From Tubulanus polymorphus (lineage: Eukaryota; Animalia; Nemertea): a DNA stretch of 64,000 bases. This document shows, piece by piece, positions 37,228-49,546 of the stretch; the stretch's first letter is position 1; the number at the start of each line of letters is the position of its first letter. Position numbers and translations under genes: made by a program. Under the pieces are notes generated by a model. The model did not search any database. It saw only the letters and a list, made by a program, of their open reading frames with translations, and was not told the origin of the DNA. Where the stretch lies: assembly GCF_964204645.1 (NCBI RefSeq), contig NC_134036.1:10147859-10211858 (forward strand), read 5' to 3'.

Positions 37228-37836
37228 ATCGGAGGTGAAAAGAAAATAAAATCTAAAAATGGTGATGTTCCAATTGAAAAAACTTTAGATGATTTAGGAA
37301 TAACAGAAAACAAATTAATTCCAGATGATGGTGCTTTAAATAATGTTACAACAAATAATAATTATGAATATTATCTTTATTATTGTAAACATCAATTAGA
37401 AATATTAATAGCATCTGGAAAATGTAAAAATTTTGTCGGTAAAAATTTAACTTATAATGAATTAGATACAATGAAATCAGATGAAATTATTAGATTATTT
37501 AAGATTTATGAAGCCGCGAGAACAGCTAGAATTAATGACGCGATATCAGAAAATGTAGTATAAGGTTATAGTAAATTATGTAATTATATACTACCAATTC
37601 AAGATGAAAATAGATTATATTCCGATTTAAAAAAAGACTATTTAGTTATGACTGAATTAAATAAATGGATTGGATATTTATCATTTCAATTAGGTGGATT
37701 TATGACATTATTATCAACTGGAGTTATAACATTTTCAAATATTGAAAGTAAAAATATTTCCATAATAAATGAACAAGGTGGAAGAAGTGAAGGAATTAAC
37801 TGTGAAGAAAAAACCGAGATCACAGAAACAAATTGA
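37228..37836 (+). pseudogene. Homologue of the element A 200-aa protein (ATG>ATC, internal TAA at 37561)
   Basis: Direct similarity to 1351-1953; cassette ends in TAAATC. Confidence 0.85.
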
Positions 37837-38125
37837 ATGGTCTCGGCAATTAGGAATTAAATCACAAGAATATAAAAAAGCTGTAAAAGAAAAAAGAAGT
37901 GATAAAAATTGTCAAAATATTGTTATTTCTACTCCTTCGGATAATAGAATATTTGATAAATGTCTATATTTTACGGTTGGATTTGTAATTGTATTCATTT
38001 TGATTGGGTGTAATTGGTATAAGAAATCAAATAAAATTCATGATATTAATAATTCTGAAACAACTGCTATCAAAAATGAAAATAATTATGAAATTCCAAA
38101 ATTGACAATAAAAAAAATGGATTAA
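37769..38125 (+). CDS. Polinton small basic TM protein (homologue of 963-1358)
   Basis: KKKPRSQKQIEWSRQLG; TM LYFTVGFVIVFILIGC. Confidence 0.8.
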   Translation: MNKVEEVKELTVKKKPRSQKQIEWSRQLGIKSQEYKKAVKEKRSDKNCQNIVISTPSDNRIFDKCLYFTVGFVIVFILIGCNWYKKSNKIHDINNSETTAIKNENNYEIPKLTIKKMD

Positions 38126-39105
38126 TATTTTAGAAAAAAAGCAAAAAAAAATAATTTTTTTAAAATTAATTGAATATCTCACTACTTTTGTCTATCTATG
38201 CGGAGCAATTAAATTGTCCAGATAAGTCATTTCGGATTCTAGATATTCATTATGTTTATTAATTTATTTTGTTTTTACTTGAATATTGTATTACAGTCGT
38301 TTCTTATTATTAGTTTTTTCTTAAATTGAAAGATGGGTGTGATGCTAAAATGAATATTTGAATTTGTTAATCAATTAACATAGTGATTAAAAATTATATC
38401 ATAATTAAGTTAAAAATCCATAATTCATTTATCAGTTTTCATTCTTATATTCTTTTCATTCGGAATAATTTATAATTTCAAATTTCACATATTTTTTTAG
38501 CACCAACAACATTTACTTAGGTGTTTTAGCTAAGTATATAAGGCAATTCATTCCAACATTGGAGTAGCTCTGGCCAGCAGAGGCATTTTGAAAATGCACC
38601 TTCGTCCACTCTCCGGGTTTCTCCTTCGGTTTCGAATTTCGATATTGGTAGAAATTACATTAGGCGCCTTTAATATAATGTGATTTCTGCCAATCATTGA
38701 AGGAGATCCCGGTTGACGTGGGTCGCGGGGGTGTAAGTAGAAATGACGGGGGATAAGCGTCCCGTGGCGCCTTTCAATAATTGGATGCTTATCCCCTGAA
38801 AACTCTGTAGGTCGAGGATAGGGCAATTTTGCTAAAACTCACCTTAAAAACACTGAAATATTCCTTTTAATCACGAGAGAGAGAATGTATCCTGTGTGTG
38901 TTGTATGTACTGCGTGCTTATTATATAACTGCTAGCTATCCAATATGACAACAACGTTGTGCAACACCTGTTTGATTGATCAATATTCAAATGAAGCACT
39001 CTCTTATAATAACATGTAACAGATGTTTGACTGTATGATTGTAGTTGTTCGTAAAACGACTAAGGTCATTTTGGATTCTAGATATTCATTATTTTTATTT
39101 TGTAT

Positions 39106-39431
39106 TTAATCAACAATTTCTAAATCATGATGACCGTCTTCATTTTTCCCATGATAGATTATTTTAAATCCTTCAAAATCTTTTAATTCCTCTGTACTCA
39201 ATGAAACCCATTAATCAGGAAAAAATACTTTAAATTCTCGCGATGTACTAACATTACAGTAGCTTAAATTTGCTGATACTTTCTCTCCATATTTAGTTTT
39301 TATCTTTTCTAATTTCAATATTTTATGTTCAATTTCTTTTGTAACATCAACTAACATTTTTATTTCAAATTGTTTTTTGCTGGTTTAATTCTGTTATTTA
39401 TTGTTACTAAGAATGCTTTTCTATCTCCCAT
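39106..39431 (-). pseudogene. Polinton terminal small gene (disrupted)
   Basis: ATG after a 19-nt cassette next to the right TIR; fragments KIKTKYGEKV...FKVFFP...IIYHGK. Confidence 0.55.
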
Positions 39432-39515
39432 TTATTAGGGGAAAAAATTACTTGTGGTGATGAGTGGTGTCTCGACCTTCGACCTCTGATCTGAAAGCCT
39501 ACTTTTCCAATTACT

Positions 39516-40790
39516 GCTGTACTATCGAATATGACAGGTAGGCGGAGTACGGTAATATTGGTGGACGGTAATGTTCGTATGAATCAGTTCGTCCCCTTAC
39601 TACGATGATTCCTTTGTCAGTTTTCTCAGGCGTTAACGATTTTAGCTTCTTCATCTCCAGAGTTCTCTGAGATAAGACTATCAGTTTCTCTCTTGCGACA
39701 TTAAATTCATCGACTGGAATGTTTGATTTTTCAACTTTCATCTGATTTTTCACAATAGATATGAAACGCAATACATATGCTGTCACTCTAATAGCTTTGT
39801 CAAACGATGAGAATTTTTCGTTAAATTCTGGTGGGTTGATGATTGTGACTGTTACTGCAGCCTTCTTGATAATTGAATCATGCAGTACCCGATTATCACC
39901 ATCATTCAATTAAATGTGATCCTGACCCACGTTGAATGGCCACTCTCTCTCGGGTCGAAAGAGAAATGAGTCTCCAGTCGTCCAACGACCATACAATTGC
40001 GATAAATATAAACCTCGAGTAAGGTCATCAGCCACATTTAACGAGCTGGGTACATGATACCAGTCGCAAATTTTCGTTCGCATATGAATCTCTCCGACTC
40101 TTACTGGAGTGAATGGTTTCAAATTCCTAGACTCGGACTGAATCCACGCTAAGCAAATTTTCGAATCAGTAAATAAGATCGATTTTTCGAAGTCCAATCG
40201 AGATCCAGAAAGTATACTATCATGTAACCGTGCTCCAATTACACATGAGTTTAGCTTTAGTTGATGTATGCTTAACGCTCTTAATGGGCTAACACGATTT
40301 TTTGAACAGACAAATCGACATTCATATGTTCCATTTGATATCTGCCATCTCACGTAAGCAACAGCTCCGTATACGGATTGCGCTGCATCACAGAAAATTA
40401 GTAACGTAGGTTTTCCAATCGCATCCTCAGGAGTTAAGCTTCTTCTAATTGACACTTGGTCAATGCTTTTAATTTTTTTCAGAAATTCGATCCAGAATTC
40501 TTTGATGCTGCAGGGTAAATCATCGTCCCAATCCAAATTTAATTTCCATATTTCTTGCATTCTGACTTTAGCCAGGAGTAAAAACGGACCGAGATAACCG
40601 GTGACATCATACACTTCACTCACTACACTGAGTACATTACGCTTTGTAAGCTTCGTAGTCAACGAATCTCTCAGAATCTTAGGTGGGTATTTATTGATCA
40701 TGAATAAAGTATCTTCACTGAATTCCATCCCAATACTTTTTCACTTGATGAATCTAATTTTATTCTCAAATCAGAATTCTCGGAAAATAA
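39516..40790 (-). pseudogene. BEL/Pao LTR retrotransposon pol fragment (RT end, RNase H), cut at the Polinton right end
   Basis: TKRNVLS.....YDVTGYLGP, LDWDD, IFCDAA...YGAVAY, FTDS, WYHVPSSLNVADDLTRG, PPILP. Confidence 0.9.
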
Positions 40791-41699
40791 CTTCATAAAT
40801 TCTTTCAAACCTGAAAGTCAAAATAGTGTTATTGATCATTTACACATATTCTTATCCACGAGCAAGGCGTACATGTTTGTATTATTAGAACGGTGAATAA
40901 ATAAAATGATCTTACTTATGAATAACTTCATCTGTCACCCTTGAAAAACATTCTTTCAGTGATTAATGATCTGTAATGTATAATAAATCAGAAATGTAAT
41001 GGAAGCTTTATGAATATTTCATAGTGCCGGTGATAAATAATAACTTTTTCTTTAAATTAGCATTAATCACTTATTTTTACATGCATGCTCAGCTTAGATG
41101 CCTCTTTGACGAGGGAGAAAAATGTATCCATGCTAATTACAAACCATTTGAATCAAAAAGCTAATTTTGGACTTGTAATTAAGTAGCGGTTCCCTTTTCC
41201 CCAGAGTCAATAACCTCAGTTTATGGCATGCCTCGGACTTAATTTGACCCAGGACAATTGTCTCAGATTGTTGCATGCCCCGATCAACTTTTACCCCAGA
41301 CAAGAGATGATTTATTGCCTTGGATCTTCGCATGCCCAGATGAAATGGATTGCCTTGGATTATTGTGTGCTTTCTAGGCCCACCTGATGACTCCACGTTT
41401 GGTTGATGGTCACGATCGCGCGCGATAGATTTGTTCGCGGATACCAAAAAATATCGATTTCCTAAAAGGTCACGATGAGTGCGCGAAGCTTATTCTTAGT
41501 ATTGCTGTAGAGATGTTCGCAAATTGTTCAAATCACGATATCCAACGTACGACACTAGTTCGGCACTTTATGCAACTAAGTCGAATAATCGTAGTCCAAT
41601 TGTCCGTAAACACAGCTGGTTGCTGCGTGTCCCTCTTCACCAGTTTCGACTGTACCGCTGTCGCCAGCATCCACGTTACTACTTTCACCAGGATCAGCT

Positions 41700-42629
41700 A
41701 TGCCGTTATCACCATCATCCACCATACCACTTTCGCCGGCGTCCACTGAGTCAATGGATTCTGAGCCAGAATTTGAATTTCGGATGCCGATTTCGAAATT
41801 CCCGTCAGATATTAGTAAATCGTTGGAAAGTAATCAAATATTAAATCCGTCTCAAGTCAAGTTCTTAAAAAACATAATGGCAAGCGAAATCGTGGACAAA
41901 AAAATCGACAATGGTTTTCCTTCGTTAAGGAGAATCGCGTTAGCTGTAACACGCTGGTATCCGTGTCTAAAAGATACGGATTTACAGGGGAGACCATTGG
42001 GAGATGGGTCTCAATCTCTTTCAAAGGCTATTTATTGGCAAATAGTCAATTGCAATAGGTCCAGGGCTGGTGTGGATGAAAACGCTGGCAACAGAAAATC
42101 GAAGAAAAATGCTACTGATAAGTATGGCTGTGTGAACTGGGAATGCAGTTTACTAGAGGGCGAGACCGCGGAATCGCAAGCTGATAAACAAACTTTTTTG
42201 AAGGAACTATATTCAAAAGGTGATACATCTGATCTTCAAACGATTAGGCAGACTATGAATGCTACGTACGCATCGCAAAGGAAATGTATCAACCGTAATC
42301 AGGGCGGGGTTGTGCCAGTTGTAGATAAATGCCCATTTCTTTTCCGTTATGAAGTTTTAATGGACCATTTTGATACGCTCATGCAGGTCAATTCGAGAGA
42401 CTTATTTAATGAGGCGCTCTATGCCAGGAACAAAGCTAATCGCATTTGGAAGTTTGTTAAGTCAATCGCTAATGAATCCACTGCAATGGAGGATTGGATT
42501 GCCGTGATCGAAAAACAGTGCAATGAAATGAAATGTGTCGAACCACAAGTGCACGGTGTTATTCCCCTACTTATGGCTGTGTTAGGTGAAAAAAGCGAAA
42601 ATGCGTTCAAAGTCTATGAGGTAAGTTAA
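41700..42629 (+). CDS. Transposon-associated accessory ORF (SAMD3-like family), probably an exon of a CMC-type element
   Basis: YPCLKD, YGCVNW, MNATYASQR..IN, PFLF pattern; ends at a GTAAG donor; abuts the CMC transposase. Confidence 0.5.
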   Translation: MPLSPSSTIPLSPASTESMDSEPEFEFRMPISKFPSDISKSLESNQILNPSQVKFLKNIMASEIVDKKIDNGFPSLRRIALAVTRWYPCLKDTDLQGRPLGDGSQSLSKAIYWQIVNCNRSRAGVDENAGNRKSKKNATDKYGCVNWECSLLEGETAESQADKQTFLKELYSKGDTSDLQTIRQTMNATYASQRKCINRNQGGVVPVVDKCPFLFRYEVLMDHFDTLMQVNSRDLFNEALYARNKANRIWKFVKSIANESTAMEDWIAVIEKQCNEMKCVEPQVHGVIPLLMAVLGEKSENAFKVYEVS

Positions 42630-42647
42630 TAACCATTTAAGGGATTT

Positions 42648-43381
42648 GTGTATGAAAATATCCTTCTTACTTTGAAAATACAGGCTTTCATATGTGATGC
42701 CACAGCAAGGGAATTTGTTAAATGTATTAAATCACACACTGGGTATTATGATTGTGAAGAATGTACAACCAAGGGAAAGTATTCCAGTCATCGGATGACG
42801 TTTCCAAGTTTGAATGATCGATCGCGGAATGACTTCGATTTCATTCAAATGAAAGATATAAACCATCATACTTCTATATCACCCCTTACTGAACTTGACC
42901 TTGGAATGGTGTCTGGATTTCCTTTAGACTACATGCATCTTGTGTGCTTAGGAGTAATGGAACGGCTCATTTCTACATGGGTTAAAGGACCCTTAGAAAA
43001 TCGTATCGGTCGTAATACTATCATTGATATATCTGATAGATTACTCTCATTTGTAAGTTTTATCGCTTCTGATTTCAATCGTAAGGGAAGGTCTATGAAT
43101 GAACTAGCGTATTGGAAAGCCTCTAAGTATCGTCTTTTTTATTGTATACCGGAGTAGTTGCTCTACATCAACTAATACCCGAGGAATTTTACAAAAATTT
43201 TCTCTTGCAATCAACTAGTATAAACATTTTGTGCTGCCCAAGATTATGTATGAATCATGATTTTATTAAATATGCACATGATCTTTTGGTGACGTTTGTG
43301 GAGCATTATTCAGAGCTGTATGCTCCCGATGCGATAGTATACAATGTTCATAATTTACCTTATGTTCACCTAATGTTTTAA
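42648..43381 (+). pseudogene. CMC (EnSpm/CACTA-Mirage) transposase fragment
   Basis: FICDATAR, HTGYYDCEEC, PLDYMHLVCLGV, WKAS.YRLF, VYNVHNL. Confidence 0.85.
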
Positions 43382-45399
43382 GGCCCCTAAAGACCAGAAG
43401 TGGCGATATCAACCTTTTATGTGAAGTTCCAAAGAAGAAGAAAAATTTATCTCTTTATGGGATTCGACCTTTGTTTCATCAGTCCCTGGATTGAAGGAGT
43501 TGTGTCAACATTGTACCGTAAACATCTTACTCATTCTGAACACAAGAAACCAAATTGTTTTTAGGAATATTCTACGCGAGTTAGACATTATGAGGTAAGA
43601 TATGGTTATAATAAATGTTTTAATGTTTTCAGATGTCAGCAAAGTATAATTGATTGTTGTCAAGGGTAAGGAGCGGTTTTTTACGCGTTTAATTACATGT
43701 GGCTTATGTGCACGTGTGTCTAATGTTACGGTTAACCCTAGTGATAGTAGATTTTTGAAGAGACAAGAACGCACTTAATCAGATACTGACAGTCACGAAA
43801 TCAGGTAGGGTTATAGCAAAGGACTCCTTTCAAGTGTGTATTGAATAAATGGTTCCTAACTTTGACGTAGCGCCCTCTATACCTTTACCCGTAACATGCC
43901 GTTTTTCATTTTTGGCTTATGTGCACGTATATCTTGTCTCAAATCTAACAATATTTACCCCTACCCTAACCCACTTTGGCTTATGGGCACGTATCTCTTA
44001 TCTCCATCTAACAACATGTTTTAAGAGCATTGTTCCATCTCCATCTAACAACATGTTTTAAGAGCATTGTTCCATTTTCAAACGTCCAAGCTGAAGCTAC
44101 AGGAGGTCGTACATACATTTCGTCTTCGGCCCTTTGGTGGCCATCCTTTGGTGCCCAATGGAAAAATATTGGGCAGTTTAAATGAACGAAGCCTTATTAG
44201 ATCAAGCAAATAAACGATACATCATCACAATGAAGGTTTGTAAGCATGTTATGCCTAAAAAAATTGTTTTAATAATTTCGGGATTCGAACCTTAATTCTA
44301 AGCTGTACCGTACACGTGTACCATTTTCGTAAGGGGTGTCTTGTTGTTTTTGCTGATGATGACTGGCACAAGCAACCTCTTGATTAGAAACGGCCCTCAC
44401 TGAGGATATCTCATAAAGATCTATTTCTGGTATTATTTTTACAGATAAACCGCGAGTTTGCGAGCGTACGGAATTAGTCGCTGAAATAGAACGAATGAGG
44501 GCTAAAATACGTGAATTAGAGGCCGCTTTAAAAGCTAAAGGTAAGAGAAAAATATACTGTTTAGTTTATATTTCACCCTTACAGCTTGGAATAAGGGGCC
44601 ATGTCTATTTGAATTCTAATTGTATGATTTATAGATGAAGAGATTATGAATACGAGATCAGTTGCTCAACCAGTAATGTTTCTACGCCTACTGATCATAT
44701 CACTAGTGACAAGCACTCAGCAGCCCATGAAACTGGCTCCACAAGAGAGTATTCGCCTCCTCCGCCAGCCAATTCGTCGCGTCCGCCTATCGTAACTCCG
44801 ACATTATACGACTGTTTAGACATTCCTTTGCCGGAATCAGCTGTGCGGTGCAGCTTCGATGTTTCTTCATAAATCGTCTTAGAAGGTATCGAAGAACCTT
44901 TGAATTTATCATTACTTGCTCGAACGTCAACGCCCGTACCGGACACGCAGTTCCCGCGGAGACCACCCCCGCTGTACTTGCGGAACCTTGCGAATAAACA
45001 TGTGAATTCAACGACCCATTGCCAACCTTATTATCAATCCTTACTGTTGACCGAATTGTTTCACAATTCTGTGTCTGTGTCAGAATTGTGAGAATTGTAT
45101 CTACGCAGTTAGTCCTACAGCCGTCTCATCGAGCATAACACGAACAATTAAAAAGAAAAATAATTTTTGGCAAACTAAGTTTTCGATGCGCTCAAACCTT
45201 CAAATGGTATATTCTATAACCAGGACTTTTTGAACCCCCTTGAAAACGAATAGCGATAGTACCGGTGTTTTGGTGTTTCTTTGTACACAGCGATGACCCG
45301 ATCGCACTTCGCCTTTTACAGAGAGCATCCTGAACAATTGGACTTTGTATTTATTGTAACCTTATTTCTCTTTGATACTGCAAATATTTTTGAATTCAC

Positions 45400-46286
45400 C
45401 GAAATTCATAGTATTTTCATAGTTATACTCCAAGTAATAGAACCTGTCAAAAGCGAAAGAACAAGCGATATGATAGAGTGCATTTCTGTTTATACTCTCC
45501 CGATTCATCTACTAAGATTTCTCGACATCTAGAGAATAATCATTTGGATAAGGAGGAAGTAAAGCGTATTATGAAATTGCCGATTGGATCAAAAATTCGA
45601 AGATTGGAATGGAAACTACTAACAAATGAAGGGATTTCCTACACAACATCAATGTCTTGAAAAGTAAGGAAGGAACCCTTATCGTTAGCTGCCGGGGTGA
45701 CAACACCGATCCATTCGACCACATACCGTGCCAGTATTGCAAAGCATTTTGTCTTCATCATCGCTGTGGCGGCACACAAAAAGATGTCCGTCTCGTCAAA
45801 TAAGTCGATTCACCGCTAAAGACGACGAAGACGACGACGAGAATCCGGAAACTTCCTGTGTCAGAAGTGCCAGTCACGTTCTGCTCAGCGCGTTACTTAG
45901 ATTATAGGATATCGTCGAACTATTCGACAGGATGAAAAATGAGTTACACGACAGTGTCTAGCGGACACGTTTATTTAAACGCCAGGCAGCCCTGGAATTA
46001 CACGCCCTAGGAGGCAAACTTTCGAAAAAATATGATATCTCCCGGGTATCATAGAATGCTCGGACAATGCGGCGTCTTGTCATGGGAATTGGAATGTCTT
46101 GGGAATATGGTGGGCCATTTGCTTAACCATTGCGTTGCAGGGAAGATCGTTGATTCAATCCGATGCAGGGATGAGGCCCGAGAAAAATCAGCCGAACAGT
46201 TCAAGAAGATATTCGTAAGCGAATGGTGGTATAGCAAAAACTCCGCGGAAACCCGATGGCGGCTTATGAAAGCTGCGATTAATTAG
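45400..46286 (+). pseudogene. Degenerate transposon-associated gene (zinc-finger family often linked to tyrosine-recombinase/SET ORFs)
   Basis: KISRHLENNH..KEEV.....LP.GSK.RR.....L.N.G...HN..VL....G.LIV...PCQYC...LWRH pattern across frames. Confidence 0.5.
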
Positions 46287-48699
46287 GTAAGTGTCTTTTC
46301 AGATCAAAGGTCGAAACTGTCAGAGCTCATTTAAACGAATTAAACCAAACTGAATACGTCTCGTACTGAATAAAACGAACGTCAAACCGACAGATTATGT
46401 AAGAAGTCGATTCGATTCCTCATCTAAGTCATGGGCTTCCGGGTGTCTACTGGTTCACTCAAGGTCGCTGGAGTGGTTTTAACATTCCTCCCCCAGCGAA
46501 TCACGGATGCCGTTGCGCCCGGAGCCAGCGTTTTTGGTCACGGGCAATCACTAATCTCGTCCTTAACGCTGCAATCAATCATGTAAATACTGCCAATTAT
46601 TCACAAGTCCATCCTAGGTGACCTTGTCGTCTGTCGAATCTCCTTTGGCGGTGTCATCCTAACGCTATCGTCGTTTTAATAGTATATCTTCCGTGCTATC
46701 TTCGTAGACCTATGCCGATATATTCTTATCTCTTCCGACTATTGCAATCTTCTATATTTAACAGTTGTAACTCCTCTTTCAAATACGCAGTCGTTGCTAC
46801 GCCTGATAAACGTCACCAGTCTCGTATCCGAACGTTTACGTCGAGATTTTCAATTTGGCGCGCCGTCGTAAAATATCGACAATACACGTCGTTCGTTGAG
46901 TAACGACAACGTTCGTCATTAACTGTTTGATGCTCCGTCGTATATTTCTTAACTGTTGATTAATGACAACGCTCGTAGTTAACTACTTGACACTCTGTCG
47001 TAGATTTCTTAGCCGCGCGTCCATCCTAGCTCTCGCGTCTTTATGTTCAATGCTCGTCTATTAATGTCGACCTTAGAAAAGACACGATCTCACCAAATCG
47101 GTCGTTTGGTCGTCTCTTCTGCACGACGTGTCAGAAGATGATCCGGCTCGGGTCGTATAAATATACTTGTAAATATTCTTGGGCTTGAAGGGACGAGATT
47201 TCTGATAGATAGTATGCAGGAGTAATTCGTATGCTGACGTGATGCCTTTATGGCATCTAGAAAGTTGTTTTTATAATTAAAAGAAAATACAAATTCTAAA
47301 GACCATTTAACATTCAAATCAAACTTCAGGACCTGCGTTTATTCGATTTTCTGGCACTGATAGAATGAGGATTTCCGTTGTTTTTCTGCTGCATAAATAT
47401 CTAATTAGATATCAGGATCTGACCTCCGTTACCGTCGACACTTACGCATATGGCTAGTTTGACAGATCTGGCATGACTCGCATTTAGCTCCTGAGATGAC
47501 TGGGGACAGCGCTATGGAAGCAAAGCGAACTTGGAATGGGGTTAGCAATATCCGCCGAGTAATCAACACCGAGATGTTCGTTAGAGGGAAGCCCATAACC
47601 CGGGTCACACAGATTAAGGCTACGTGGAGTAGGGAGGCGACTGTTTGGAGGAGAGCATACTGCGAAAGCGCTTTTTAACGATAGTTTTCACATAAGACGA
47701 ACAAATTTTATATATTTTAAACTACTAATTTTCCTGGGAAGACAGGAGTCTCCTAGCCGATTTAACTACCCGAGTGCGGTTGAGCTAGGCAGACCCGTCT
47801 AGCGGACGCCTGGGCACAGCAGAGTGACGAAAACTTCGCTACTTATGGTTTAAGTATTTTCAGAAATTTCTAAAGACCTTTTAACTGGTAATTTTCATGA
47901 AAAATAAGTAGTTTCCTTAACTATACACAAAAATCTTCTTCTTCTATCAAAATCAAATGTTTTCCTTTTTTTCGTGCGGGACCTTTATCTGTCTCAAGTT
48001 CAGAATCATATGCGTCACTAAGCTTAGATTGAGATAATGGATCTGAAGAGAACTCGGCACCAGACATGACAAAATTATCCACACCAGCTGCCATTTTAGA
48101 GTATGTTGGTGTTGCTAGGCAAAATTTGGTTCAACCTCCAAAAACGGAAGGTGCGTTTAGTTTCCTTAGAAGATGTTTGGGCAAGGTTGGATGGTATAGT
48201 TCAGAAATTTATCGGCTTCAAACATAGATCGATTGTCTGGATAATTGATGTTTGGCGTGGAAGGATGTAGTCATACAGAATATGTTGAGGCTATTTCTCA
48301 TCGGAAACATCCATGCTGGGGCATACAGGCAGTTCATCGACATACCCGTGGCTCTAGTGTCATGTAACTCTCGACGATTTGCGAAACAAAAAAGGACTGC
48401 GCCATAGTATCCAAAATATCACTTACATATTTACAAGACTTAAACGCTGCATTCCAATGGAGTCACAGCGTAAATCATCCCATGCTTTTACCACCAGTGG
48501 AAATTACTTATTTCGTACCCCCATCCATTCATATGTCCATAGGAATTGGATAGCAAATTATGCAATTGGTTGAACAACGCTACCGGGAGCTACGTAGACA
48601 AAACAACGCTAAATGAGAGAGATTCAATCTTATATGAACAATGGGCAACTTGAAGATTAGCTGGCTAAGCTGACCTTAATAAAAATAATCTTCAGTGTT

Positions 48700-49546
48700 A
48701 AAACTCACAAATTGCTAAGAAAAAAAGCTTCTAGTTCTTCAAACTGTTCCGGCGCTATTTGTTTGATTCCAGTAATAGATGTCCCAAAACCAAATCAATG
48801 TGTACTGTTCAAATGGTAATGCGCCACATAACGAACAATGTGTTGTTATTCGTCAGGGCAGCAGTCATGTATTTCACCACCACCAGTGTAGGCCATACTA
48901 CTGGCAAAAGGATTTCAACAACTATGGTAATGATATTTCAAACCGAAGGTGATTTACCATTTGTTATCAAAGCGCCCTAGAAATTCGTTTATTGCCTGAT
49001 CGATCATCTCCGAAATCAATTCACTCGGAAATTCAATATGGGTCCAATATAAATAGCCCTTGATAATAAGTTGCATGAAAATGGTATTGCCTGGCAATCT
49101 AATAGTTTTACTGGTAATCATGTACACAAATTATTGAAGATCCACGCCCATTCTAAAAACTCCTTGAAGTTATTGAGTCTTTTTGATCCATTCCCATCAG
49201 AAAAATTTAAATTACTTACACTTAACACACAATTCAGTGACATGTATGCATTGTATACAGCATATCACTTTCTTCAAGACGAGATAAACAGCTTGAAACA
49301 TCATCGTCATGATTTTGATTGTTTCCAACTAAATTTACCGCATCGACAATAACAGCAAGAACGCAGATACATATATATCATGTTCCAGAGTTAAGATCGG
49401 GCAAGGACACTCTTGATGAACAAGGCCTTCAGAGTAAACATGCGATCATGAATGAAGATTGTCGAACTTGTAGCGCTGTGCGCAATCAGGTTCTTCTTAA
49501 ACGCACGAGACTGCTGACAAGAATTGATAATTGGGAAACTCAGTAG
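48700..49546 (+). pseudogene. Transib/Chapaev (RAG1-like) transposase C-terminal relic
   Basis: SFTGNHVHKLL and TIT...H..HVP....EQG..S.HA..N resemble the RAG1/Transib C-terminal motifs. Confidence 0.55.

Larger units (their letters stand above)
22021..39515 (+). mobile_element. Polinton/Maverick-like endogenous virus, element B (~17.5 kb, near-complete, pseudogenised)
   Basis: pPolB, penton, MCP, integrase and A32-like ATPase; imperfect TIRs starting AGTAATT (22021-22080 vs 39457-39515) with an 18-bp perfect core CGAGACACCACTCATCAC. Confidence 0.95.

Noticed and set aside
46380-48100. LTR-element gag/PBS or ribozyme
   Set aside because: No LTR boundary, complete PBS or ribozyme core could be identified by eye.
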